A stretch of DNA of 64,000 nt from assembly GCA_963752285.1 (NCBI GenBank), contig CAVVXN010000004.1:64001-128000 (forward strand). The letters run 5' to 3'. The notes beneath the pieces are model-generated. The model worked only from the letters and a program-made list of their open reading frames with translations, was not told where the DNA came from and did not search any database. The translations under genes and the position numbers were made by a program. Positions 36,460 to 45,800 of the stretch are shown here, piece by piece (position 1 is the stretch's first letter; each line of letters starts with the position of its first letter). Origin of the DNA: an uncultured Planctomycetota bacterium. Its GTDB lineage: Bacteria; Planctomycetota; PLA2; JAEUHO01.

Positions 36460-37401
36460 TCAGGTGAGCCGGCGCAGGACCAGACGCGCGACGCCGAGGA
36501 GCACGAGCGCGTTCGCCGCGATCCGGAGCGGGGGGATCTCGGGCCGCGGGAACGACAGGCGTACCCAGTCGGCCTGACGGTGCCAGACGCCGAGCCGCAG
36601 TCTCGCCTCGTGGCGGAGGAGGACGAGGTCGCCGTCCTCGGGCTCCCGCTCGGGATCGATCCCCACCAGGTCGCCCGCCTCGACGCGGGGATGGCCGTCG
36701 TCGCACGTCGCGCGCCAGAGCCAACGCGCGCCGTCCAGGACTGCGCGGTCCACGTGGACCACCTCGCCCGCGCCCGACCGGTCGGGATCGTCCACGACGG
36801 GGAGCGCGACGTCGGCGCGCGCGACCGGAGCCGGGGCTCCGTCGTGGGCCGTCGCCGGCGCTGGCGAGGGCGCGTGCGCGAGCACGCTCGGCAGCACGCG
36901 GACGAGCGCGTTTCGCTCGGCGGGCGTCGTGCCTTCGAGGAGCGTCTCCGAGCGCGCCTCCGCCTCGTCCACGTTCTTGACGCCGCCCAGCCGGCCGAGG
37001 AGTCGCGCGACCAGGGCCTGCTGGCCGGGACCGAGGTCGAGGAAGTGGCTCAGCGGCTCGACGACGCGCGGGCCGCGGGCGAGGTGGAACAGGGTGGTGG
37101 CGAGGATCCGGTCGCGGCTCCTCTGGACCTGCCCGCTCTCGCGCTGCATCCGTTCGAGGTGCCGGCGGACGGGGGCGGGGGAGCGCTCGAGGGCGGCCGC
37201 CTCCTGGAGGGGGCCGTCCTCGATCCCGAGCGCCCGGCAGAGCGCCCGGATCACGCGCGGGCTCGGCGGGCGCCGGCGCCGGGACTCGAGGACGCTGATG
37301 TAGGAGCCCGTGAGACCGGCCCGCCGGGCGAGCGCGGACTGGGAGAGCCCGGAGAGGCGGCGGGCCTCCTTCAGCTTCTCGGCGAAGGTCTTCTCGGTCA
37401 C
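36460..37401 (-). CDS. XRE-family HTH regulator with C-terminal S24/LexA-like domain (catalytic residues absent)
   Basis: LKEARRLSGLSQSALARRAGLTGSYISVLES HTH; P.VEAGDLV.IDP.....DGDLVL S24-like fold; GTG 37401 is 7 nt after TAGGAT (ATG 37410 alternative). Confidence 0.85.
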   Translation of the reverse strand: MTEKTFAEKLKEARRLSGLSQSALARRAGLTGSYISVLESRRRRPPSPRVIRALCRALGIEDGPLQEAAALERSPAPVRRHLERMQRESGQVQRSRDRILATTLFHLARGPRVVEPLSHFLDLGPGQQALVARLLGRLGGVKNVDEAEARSETLLEGTTPAERNALVRVLPSVLAHAPSPAPATAHDGAPAPVARADVALPVVDDPDRSGAGEVVHVDRAVLDGARWLWRATCDDGHPRVEAGDLVGIDPEREPEDGDLVLLRHEARLRLGVWHRQADWVRLSFPRPEIPPLRIAANALVLLGVARLVLRRLT

Positions 37402-37438
37402 GGTCGTCATCCTACGGGTCCGGGGCCCTGTCCATGCC

Positions 37439-37478
37439 TGACAAGTCATCGAGGGAATGTCGTTGACTAACCAGTTAG
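37439..37478. promoter_or_regulatory. Two palindromic operator-like sites TRAC-NN-GTYA
   Basis: TGACaaGTCA at 37439-37448 and cTAACcaGTTAg at 37467-37478. Confidence 0.6.
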
Positions 37479-37490
37479 AGATGGTAGCCT
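37463..37490 (+). promoter_or_regulatory. Sigma70-type promoter
   Basis: TTGACT (37463-37468), 16-nt spacer ending TGG (extended -10), TAGCCT (37485-37490) in an AT-rich patch. Confidence 0.6.
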
Positions 37491-37496
37491 CCCCCT

Positions 37497-37702
37497 GTCG
37501 GTGGCGGCCCGGGTGGTCCGGGCCGGGCCGACCGGAAAGGGTTCGGTGGGTCCCGAGACAACGCACGGTCGACGGACGCGAGCGAGGCGGGGGCTGAGGC
37601 CGAACACAAGGAACGGGTCGGACGGGCTCGAAATCCCCAAGTCGCGCCGGACGCCTTTCACGGGGCGCCCGCTCCTACGGGGGCGGGCGCCCCCCTTCGT
37701 TT
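37497..37702 (+). ncRNA. Candidate structured small RNA (~200 nt)
   Basis: Bounded by promoter and terminator, no ATG, several hairpins; family not recognised. Confidence 0.45.
37662..37702 (+). terminator. Rho-independent terminator
   Basis: 14-bp GC stem ggggcgcccgctcc / ggggcgggcgcccc with UACG tetraloop, followed by ccttcgttt. Confidence 0.7.
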
Positions 37703-37842
37703 CGGGGGCGCAGCGGCGAGGAACGCCCGGCGCGAAGCGGCGCGCGGCCGAATCTGGCCAATTCGCCACCGCCTCGTGCGCGCCCTTCTCGACTCCTTCA
37801 CGTGGTGCAGGCGGACGCGCCCGCGAACGGCGCGGATTCGGC

Positions 37843-37870
37843 AAAAGATTCGCGACTCCTATGCCGATCG
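37843..37870 (+). promoter_or_regulatory. Possible sigma28-like promoter
   Basis: AAAAG-attcgcgactcctat-GCCGATCG resembles TAAAG..GCCGATAA; spacing about one base longer than consensus. Confidence 0.3.
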
Positions 37871-37949
37871 AAACCCTGCACGGGGGAGGGCCGGCACGGC
37901 GTTTGGTCGAAGCATCGATCGAGGGACCGCGTCGGAGGTCGGGATCGTC

Positions 37950-38450
37950 ATGATGCGAGCGAACGTCCGCCGAACCGAGGGGGCAGTCATCGCGAGAGGA
38001 GGGGCCCCGCGCTTCGCGCCGCGTCCGGTTGGACCGTACGCCGCGCATCCGACGCGACACGTGCTCCCGAGGCTCGGCGCCTTCCTCGCGCTGGCCGTTC
38101 TCGCGTCCAGCGCATGGGCAGCCATCGGCGAGTATCGCTGCACGGACCCGGCGCGTGTCTATCACGGCAACCCGCGCCTCATCCGCAAGCCCGCGGTCAT
38201 CTCCGCCGACCGCGTGTACGAGAGGATCCCCGAGTACAAGCAGATCGTGGACGAGGGTCTCTCGGACAAGGACGTCCGCTACCACTTCCTCATGAAGAAG
38301 GCGTCCGAGCGCTTCGCGAAGGCGGTGAAGTCGATGGCCGGCGCGCTCGGCTACGACTTCGTGGCCGAGATCGGGACGATCAAGAGGGAGAAGCAGGATG
38401 CCGACGCCCCGCCCGATCGCACGGACGACGTGATCGAGCGTCTCGGCTGA
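37950..38450 (+). CDS. Secreted short Skp/OmpH-like protein
   Basis: Signal peptide (SAWA-A), PAVISADRVY..IPEY, AVKSMA...GYDFV, DRTDDVIERL; start could be GTG 38061. Confidence 0.6.
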   Translation: MMRANVRRTEGAVIARGGAPRFAPRPVGPYAAHPTRHVLPRLGAFLALAVLASSAWAAIGEYRCTDPARVYHGNPRLIRKPAVISADRVYERIPEYKQIVDEGLSDKDVRYHFLMKKASERFAKAVKSMAGALGYDFVAEIGTIKREKQDADAPPDRTDDVIERLG

Positions 38451-38452
38451 CC

Positions 38453-39628
38453 GTGCGCCGCGCCTGGCTCGGCGCGCTCCTCGTCGTCGCTTCGCTTTCC
38501 CGTGCCCGGGCCGAGGACGAGCCGCGAAGGAGCCCCTTCCTCGGGCCCGGCGGCGAGGTGCGGACGATCTTCCGTCCGGAGTTCCGGGACGCGCCGGGCC
38601 TCCTCGATGACCTCGCCCGGTTCGGCGTCGAGGGCCTCCAGGCGTCCGTCGTCGGTCCCGAGGTCGCCGTGCCCGGGCCCAACAAGCCGCCCGTGGGCGC
38701 GCGTCTCCTGCTCCGGGGCGACGCCGAGGTGGTGGCGCGCGCGCGCGAGGTGCTGGTCTACCTCGACGTGCCGCGCCCGAGCGTCGTCGTGTCGCTGCTC
38801 GTGTGCGAGGTGCGCGCGACGGGACGGTCGGAGCGCGGCGGGCACGTGTTCCTGGATCGCGTCCAGCCGAGCGGGGCGCCCGACTCGATCGTTCGGGGCG
38901 CGTTCGCCGACTTCGAGCCCGAGTCCTACCTGCGGTCGGCCTTGACCGGCGTCGCCCCGTTCCAGGGGACGAGTCTCACGTTCGGTACCTCGCCCAGCGA
39001 CGTGGCGGAGAACGGGGCGTTCGAGTACGTCCTCCGCCTCCTGGCCGAGGAGGGCGAGGCCGAGTTCCTCGCGTGGCCCACGGTCGTGGTCTCGGAGGGG
39101 TCACCGGGCGTCATCGAGAGCCACACGCGTCTGCCCGACGTCGTCCTCTCCGGGGCGGGGCCGAACGCCGTGGCCCTCGGCCGCGCGATCGAGACCGGCC
39201 TGGTCCTGACCGTCACGCCCCAGCGCGTCTCGCGCGACGCCGCGGTGCTCGGACTCGTCGTGGACCTCGCGTACGCCGAACCCGAGTCGCCTTCGGCCGG
39301 CAGCGCCTCGCCGTGGATCCTGCGCAAGCGGCGCGTCCAGACCCTGGTGAGCGTTCGCGACCAGGAGCCCGTGCTCCTCGGCGGCCTCTACCTGAGGCGC
39401 CACATTCGAAACCGATACGGCGTGCCCTGGATCTCCAGCACGCCGGGCCTGGAGGAGGTGGGCTCCGCCGAGTCGCTCGACTGCGTCACGACGGAACTCC
39501 TGCTCTCGATCCGGGCCCGGGTGCGTGTGGCGGCATCCGACTCGGGGCGCTTCGTGGCGCCGGGCGTGGCGCGACGGATGGAGCGCCGGTCCCGCGCGGC
39601 GGACCCCGGCGCCCCTCGTCCTCGCTGA
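38453..39628 (+). CDS. Secretin (type II/III secretion GspD-like), single N-domain
   Basis: LLLRG..VV..AREVL..LDVPRPSV.V, P.VVV..G..G.I, TGLVLTVTP, T.V.VRD...V.LGGL, GVPWI...PGL, ELLLSI. Confidence 0.75.
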   Translation: MRRAWLGALLVVASLSRARAEDEPRRSPFLGPGGEVRTIFRPEFRDAPGLLDDLARFGVEGLQASVVGPEVAVPGPNKPPVGARLLLRGDAEVVARAREVLVYLDVPRPSVVVSLLVCEVRATGRSERGGHVFLDRVQPSGAPDSIVRGAFADFEPESYLRSALTGVAPFQGTSLTFGTSPSDVAENGAFEYVLRLLAEEGEAEFLAWPTVVVSEGSPGVIESHTRLPDVVLSGAGPNAVALGRAIETGLVLTVTPQRVSRDAAVLGLVVDLAYAEPESPSAGSASPWILRKRRVQTLVSVRDQEPVLLGGLYLRRHIRNRYGVPWISSTPGLEEVGSAESLDCVTTELLLSIRARVRVAASDSGRFVAPGVARRMERRSRAADPGAPRPR

Positions 39629-39637
39629 CCGGCGCGC

Positions 39638-41890
39638 TCAGTGCCGGCGGCGACGGCGGTCGCCGCCGCCTCCGCTGCCGCCCCGGCCGCCGCGGTCGCC
39701 GCGGTCGCCGCGGTCGCCCCGGTCGCCCTGCTCTCCGCGGGGCGGCGGGGGGCCGCTGCCCTCGGGGGCCTGGGCCTCCTCCGCGCGACCGAGCTCGTGC
39801 AGCGCCTGGCGGCGCGAGAGCTTCACGCGACCGGAGTCGTCGATCAGGATGACCTTCACCGGCGTGATGTCGCCCAGCGAGAGCACGTCGGTCACGCGGC
39901 CGACGTAGCCGTCGGCGAGCTCGCTCACGTGGCAGAGTCCCTCGACGCCCGGGATGATCTCGAGGAACGCGCCGAAGTCCTTCACGGACGTGACCTTGCC
40001 CTCGTAGATCTTGCCGAGGGTCGCTTCCTCGGACATCGCCTCGATGTGGTGCCGCGCCGCGATCGCGCCGTCGGCCTTCGTGCAGAAGATCTTGACGAGC
40101 CCGGTGTCGTCGACTTCGATCGTGGTCCCGGTCTCCTCCTGGAGACGCCGGATGTTCTTTCCGCCGGGGCCGATCAGGGCGCCGATCTTGTCGGGCGGGA
40201 TCTGCACCGTCTCCACGCGCGGCGCGTAACGGTTGTACTCCTCGCGCGGACGCGGCAGGGCCTGGAGCATCCGCTTGAGGATGTGGATCCGGCCCTCCTT
40301 CGCCTGCTCGAGGGCGCGGCGGAGGATCTCGGTCGAGATCCCCTTCATCTTGATGTCCATCTGGAGCGCGGTGATGCCCCGCTGGGAGCCCGCGACCTTG
40401 AAGTCCATGTCTCCGGCGTGGTCCTCGTCGCCGAGGATGTCGGAGAGCACGACCACGTCGTCGCCCTCCTTCACGAGCCCCATCGCGATGCCGGCGACCG
40501 GCCGGGCGATTTGAATGCCCGCGTCCATCATGGCGAGCGTCGTGCCGCAGACGGACGCCATGCTCGACGAGCCGTTCGACATGAGGATGTCGGAGACCAC
40601 GCGGATCGTGTAGGGGAACGTGTCCATCGGAGGCAGCACCGGCAGGAGCGAGCGCTCCGCCAGCGCGCCGTGCCCGATCTCGCGCCGGGAGGGGCCCCGG
40701 ATGGGCCGCGTCTCGCCGACGCAGAGCGGGGGGAAGTTGTAGTGCAGGTAGTACTTGCGCGTGAAGGACTGCGCTTGCAGTCCGTCCACGAGCTTCTCGT
40801 CGAGCCCCGTGCCGAGCGTCGCGGTGACCAGAGCCTGGGTCTCGCCGCGCGTGAAGAGCGCGGAGCCGTGGGCGCGGGGGAGCAAGCCGATCTCGATGTC
40901 GATCGGACGGACCTCGTCGGTCGCGCGGCCGTCGATGCGGCGCCCGGACAGGGCCGCGGCGCGCAAGATCTTCTTCTCGATGGCCCCCGTGGCCGCATCG
41001 ACCTCGGCGGGGGTGAACCGGCCCTCGGCCGGGACCTCGTTCTGCGTGTCGGCGAGCTCCTCCCGGATCTCGGCCCGGAGCGCGGTGAGGGACGCGATCC
41101 GCTCGAGCTTCGAGGTCTTGTGCATCGCCGTGCGGATCGCGTCCTCGAACTTCTCGCGCACCGCGGTGACGGCCGTGTCGGACACCGGGGCGGGGACGAA
41201 CGCCGGAGCCTCCCAGCCCACCTTGCGGCGGAGCTCCTCCATCGCCTCGCAGATCTGGCGGATGATCTCGTGGCCGAACTCGATGGCGCCGAGGACGACG
41301 TCCTCGGGCAGCTCGTTCGCGCCGCCCTCGACCATCGTGACCGCGTCGCGCGTGCCCGCGACCACCAGGTCGAGGGGAGAGCTCTGCAGCACCTGCGCGT
41401 CGGGGAACGCGACGTAGTCGTCGCCGGACATGCCGACCCGCACGCCGCCGATCGGCCCGAGGAACGGTACGGCGGCGATCGCCAGGGCGCCGCCGGCGCC
41501 GATGATCGAGAGCACGTCCGGGTCGTTCAGCTGGTCGTACGAGATGACGAAGCTCTGGACCTGCGTGTCCATCTTGTAGCCCTTCGGCCAGAGGGGCCGA
41601 ATCGGGCGATCCGTCATCCGCATCGTGAGGATCTCCTTCGGCGAAGGCGGACCCTCTCTCTTCAGGAACCCTCCGGGGATCTTCCCGGCGCTGTAGTTCT
41701 TCTCGCGGTAGTCGATCGTGAGCGGGAAGAAGTCGAGATGGGGGCGAGGCGGGGAGACGCTCGCGGCGCTGAGCACCATCGTCTCGCCGTATCTCACCAT
41801 CACGCTGCCCGCGGCCAGGCGGGCCATGCGACCGGTCTCGATCGTCAGGGGCTTCCCCCCGACGTCGATCGTCACGCTGTGAATGGGCAA
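39638..41890 (-). CDS. pnp: Polyribonucleotide nucleotidyltransferase
   Basis: FFPLTIDYRE, RREIGHG, SNGSSSMAS, GDMDFKVAG, KH and S1 domains; TTG start. Confidence 0.98.
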   Translation of the reverse strand: MPIHSVTIDVGGKPLTIETGRMARLAAGSVMVRYGETMVLSAASVSPPRPHLDFFPLTIDYREKNYSAGKIPGGFLKREGPPSPKEILTMRMTDRPIRPLWPKGYKMDTQVQSFVISYDQLNDPDVLSIIGAGGALAIAAVPFLGPIGGVRVGMSGDDYVAFPDAQVLQSSPLDLVVAGTRDAVTMVEGGANELPEDVVLGAIEFGHEIIRQICEAMEELRRKVGWEAPAFVPAPVSDTAVTAVREKFEDAIRTAMHKTSKLERIASLTALRAEIREELADTQNEVPAEGRFTPAEVDAATGAIEKKILRAAALSGRRIDGRATDEVRPIDIEIGLLPRAHGSALFTRGETQALVTATLGTGLDEKLVDGLQAQSFTRKYYLHYNFPPLCVGETRPIRGPSRREIGHGALAERSLLPVLPPMDTFPYTIRVVSDILMSNGSSSMASVCGTTLAMMDAGIQIARPVAGIAMGLVKEGDDVVVLSDILGDEDHAGDMDFKVAGSQRGITALQMDIKMKGISTEILRRALEQAKEGRIHILKRMLQALPRPREEYNRYAPRVETVQIPPDKIGALIGPGGKNIRRLQEETGTTIEVDDTGLVKIFCTKADGAIAARHHIEAMSEEATLGKIYEGKVTSVKDFGAFLEIIPGVEGLCHVSELADGYVGRVTDVLSLGDITPVKVILIDDSGRVKLSRRQALHELGRAEEAQAPEGSGPPPPRGEQGDRGDRGDRGDRGGRGGSGGGGDRRRRRH

Positions 41891-41898
41891 TTCTGCTC

Positions 41899-42168
41899 CT
41901 ACCGACGGAGCCCCAGTCGCCCGATCAGGTCCTGGTAGCCGGTGGGGTCGGTCCGCGCGAAGTAGCGCAGCAGAGCCGTCCGCCTACCGACCATCCGAAG
42001 CAGGCCGCGCCGCGTGGCGTGGTCCTTCGGGAACTTCTTGAGGTGCTCCGTCAGGTGGCGGATCCGGCCGGTAAGGATGGCGACCTGCACCGGGGTGGAG
42101 CCGCTGTCCTTCTCGTGCCGCCGATACGCTTCGATGCGTCCGGTCTTCTCGGGATCCTTGACGGCCAT
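41899..42168 (-). CDS. rpsO: 30S ribosomal protein S15
   Basis: DSGSTPVQVAILT..I..LTEHL...PKDHATRRGLLRMVGRR; 89 aa; upstream of pnp. Confidence 0.97.
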   Translation of the reverse strand: MAVKDPEKTGRIEAYRRHEKDSGSTPVQVAILTGRIRHLTEHLKKFPKDHATRRGLLRMVGRRTALLRYFARTDPTGYQDLIGRLGLRR

Positions 42169-42383
42169 CTCGACCTCCGTCACCGCCGACCAGGTCGGCC
42201 GGGGGCGCCTCGGCGTCCCGGCCCCGGGTCGGGGTCCAGTCGGGGAGTCCTGGGGACTCTCGTGCTTCCTGTTGCTTGTTTGTTCTCTTGGGTAAGCCGA
42301 ACAAGGTACCGGGCCCGACGGGGAGGGCCAGGATTCCCCCGGCCCCGCGTCCCGGTCGCGGACTGGCTGCGCGCCGGCTCGTC

Positions 42384-42851
42384 CTACCCCGCGAGGTAGG
42401 AGCGGAGGAGGGCGACCGCGGCGCGCCGGTCCACGTCGCCCTCCCGGCGGGCGCGGCCGAGCGAGCGCCCCGCGGCCTTCACGTCCTCCTCGGCGGCCCA
42501 CGAGGTGAGACCCTCGTCGTGGTAGACGACGGGGACGCCGAGCGCGTGCGCGAGGGCCCCGCCGAACCGGCGGGCCTCGCGGCTCATGTCGCTCTCCTCC
42601 CCGCTCATGTGGAGCGGGAGGCCGACCACGACCCGCGCCGGGGCCTCGTCGCGGAGCCGTTCCGCCACGAGCGTCGCGGCGCGGTCGGGATCCGGCGGGC
42701 CCGATCGGGTCGGCTCGAGGCGGATCGTGTCGAGGCCGCGCACCGTGATCCGGAGCGCGTCGGAGAGGGCGATCCCGATCCGCCGGCGGCCGTAGTCCAC
42801 CGCCGCGACGCGGCCGGGCGGGTCGGGGGGCGAGCGGGAGGCCTCGCTCAC
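42384..42851 (-). CDS. ruvX: Holliday junction resolvase-like protein RuvX/YqgF
   Basis: AVDYGRRRIGIALSD, VVGLP, DEGLTS, VDRRAA. Confidence 0.93.
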   Translation of the reverse strand: MSEASRSPPDPPGRVAAVDYGRRRIGIALSDALRITVRGLDTIRLEPTRSGPPDPDRAATLVAERLRDEAPARVVVGLPLHMSGEESDMSREARRFGGALAHALGVPVVYHDEGLTSWAAEEDVKAAGRSLGRARREGDVDRRAAVALLRSYLAG

Positions 42852-45800
42852 CTACCGGAACCAGCGGGGGAGGCGGCGCGCGGGCGGGTCGGGGAGCGCG
42901 ATGCCGCCGGCCGGCTCCTCGCGCCGGATCCCGAGGCCCGGCAGCGGGACGAGCTTCGGCTCCGCGGTCTCCAGATCACCCTGGACCCGGACCACGTAGA
43001 GCACCCGCTCGGGAAGGAGGGCGCCGAGCGCGCGGCCCACCCCGGGGAGCTGGAGCGCCCCGGGGAGGAGCAGGCTCTTCAGGAAGTCGGGCGTGAACTC
43101 GAGGTCGGCCGTGCCCGACAGGTCCACCGTCCCGTGGCCGGGCATGTCGAAGAGCGGGCCCGCGAGATCGAGGTGGGAGAACGTGAGGCGGCGGTCGCGC
43201 AGCGAGAACACGGCGTGGGCGCGCTCGAACCGCGGCGGGTTCGGCGCCGCGAGGAGCTGGTGCGCCAGCGCCTCCAGGTTCGCGACGCCCGGCAGCTTCC
43301 CGAGGTCGCCCTGTCGCACGTTCAGCTCGCCCTCGGCGAGGAGGTCCTCGGCGCGGCCGCCGCGGTTCTCGAACCGCACCCAGAGGGTGCCGAGGCCCGT
43401 GTACGGCGGACCGGTGGGGGCGAGGTCCTCCCGCACGCGTCCGACCTGGAAGTCGTCGAGCGCGAGGCGTCCCTCGTACGCGCGCGGCTCGATCGTGTGC
43501 GCGACCATCTCGCCGCCGAGCCGGCCTTCCGCGAGAGCGCCGCGGATCGGACCGGCGCGCAGGATGCCCGCGTGCCAGCGCAGTGGTACGACGAGGTCGC
43601 GCCCGCCGATGCCGAGGAGCTGCATGCCGCGGGCGCGCAGCGTGACCACGCCCTCGGTCGTGTCGCCGAGCACGAGCCGTTCGATCTGCGCCTCGCCGTC
43701 GAGGTGCGAGACGGGCGCCTCGTCGCCGAGGTCCAGACCCTCGAGACGGACGAGCCCGCTCAGGACCGAGGCGTTCGTCTCGGCGTCCGGCCGGACGAGG
43801 AGCGGCGCGAGGTCGAGCCGGCCGCGCGGCGTGGTCCCGATCGGCCCGCCCTTCGGCGCCATCACGACGAGGTCGCCCTCGATCCGCACGCTTCCGTCGG
43901 GCGCCGCCTGCACGCGGAGGCCCTGGCTCGAGAGCGCACGGCCCTGGAGGACCTTCGCGAGCACGTCCCGCGCGGCTTCGGGGGCGAGCACGAGCAGGTC
44001 CTCTGGCGCCTCGAACGCGTCGAGGTGGAGGAGGAAGCCCCCTTCCAAGCGGCCGTCGCCGACGGTGACGCGTCGCACGTCGATCGCCACCCCGCGCGCC
44101 TCGCCCCGCAGGTCCTCGAGCGTCACGTGGCGGTTCTCGACGGCGAGCCGCCGCCCGCGCACCGCGAGCACGCTGCCGCCCGGCAGTCGGAGGCGCGCGT
44201 CCACCTCGTGCGTGTCCACCGAGGCTTCCAGATGCCCGTCGGGACCGGGCGCGCGGACGAGGTGGAGGGTGAAGGCGACGTGCCCGCCGGGCTCGATCGA
44301 GAGGCCCCCGGGGAGCAGGGTGGACTCGCCCTCGTAGTAGGGGAGGGCGGAGAGCAGGTCCTCGTCGAGACGGAGCCGGTCCGTGTCCACCACGAGGTCC
44401 CACCGGCCTTCGGGCCCGCCCTCGATGCGGCCGTCTACGCGCACCGGGGTCTCGCCGAGCCGGCCGGCCACCTTCTCGATGGTCGCGACGTCGCCGTCCA
44501 CGCGGAGCCGGCCCGTCAGGTCTTCGAACGCGAGCGGGTGCGGCGCGTGCTCGGCGTCGAGGCGGATCGAGGCGCCGTGGAGCGTGACGTCGAACCGGAG
44601 CGGCGCCGGGTCGTCGGCGAGCGGGAGGTCCGCCACGACGTCCGCGCGTCCTCGCGGCGCGAGGTAGCGCCACACGGTGGAGAGGCCGCCGTGCGTGACG
44701 GGCGCCGAGAGGACCGTGTCGGCGACCGCGCCGTCCAACGCCACGCCCTGACCGTGCACCGCGATGCGGCCGTGCTTCGCGGCGAGGTCGGCGTGCACCT
44801 CGATCGAGACGGGCGCCTGCTCGAGGTGCCCCGTGACCCTCACGGCGAGGGTGCGCCCGCGACTGCCGTCGGGCTGGAGCGGGCGGCGGAGCTGCGCCTC
44901 GCCCGACACGCCCTCGAGCGGGAGGGGGAAGTCGGCGTACTGGAACTTCTCGTCCTCGAAGCGCACGCGGACCTCGGTCTGCGCGCGTTCGTCCACGCCG
45001 GGGATGGAGATCACGTCCACGTCGATCTCCTCGATCGTCCCATCGACGTGGAAACGGTCGAGGAAGCCGCGGAGCTCGCCGGCCTCGATCGCGCGGGCCA
45101 GGGTCTCGTCCACCGGCACGTCGGTCGCCTGGATGGTCAGACGGATGTCGGCGCCCTTGTCGGTCAGGAGGATCCGCCCGGTCTCGCCGCCGGTCCACGC
45201 GCGCCGGTGGTCGCCGAGGATGCGGACCGTCGCGCTGCCGTTGAACCCGACGATGTCGTCGAATCGGACCTCGCCGGGCGCGAAGTGGATGCGGCCGGTG
45301 GCCTGCTCCATCGCGTAGGGGAAGCCCACCGGCTCGCCGTCGGGCGAGGGCGTCCCCTTGTAGCGGAACGACGCGTCCTCGAGCGTGACGTCCGCCTCCC
45401 ATGTCGGCTCGGAGCCGGGCTCCTTCAGGAAACGGAGGTCGGCCGAGATCTCGCCGGTGGGTTCGAACTGGTCGAACACGGCGCGTCCCTCGGGCCCGAG
45501 CGCCTGGCGCAGCGCGGGATCCTCGAAGCGCACGCCGCGGACCTCGACGAGCAGGCGTACCTCCTGTCCGTCCTCCGAGATGAACCCGCGTGCCTTCACG
45601 CGCCCCTGCCCGATCGACGACACGAGGCGCCGGACGTCGATGCCGCGCGCGCTCACGCCCACGTCGAGCTCGGCGCGCCGGAACAGGGCCTCGAGCTGCT
45701 CGCGCGTCCGCGCGTCGATCATCTCGCCGCCGGGCACCGACTCGAGCGACATCTGGACCGCGCCCTCCCAGAGCGCGTCCACTTCCAGCGTCCCCTTCCG

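Noticed and set aside
36460..37500. Prophage immunity region
   Set aside because: No Cro-like ORF, integrase or phage structural genes nearby
37501..37953. 150-aa ORF spanning the candidate sRNA
   Set aside because: Low-complexity translation that runs through a strong terminator; not excluded entirely because a leaderless GTG start is possible
39685..39725. 9-bp tandem repeat at the pnp 3' end
   Set aside because: Encodes an ordinary Gly-Asp-Arg low-complexity PNPase tail
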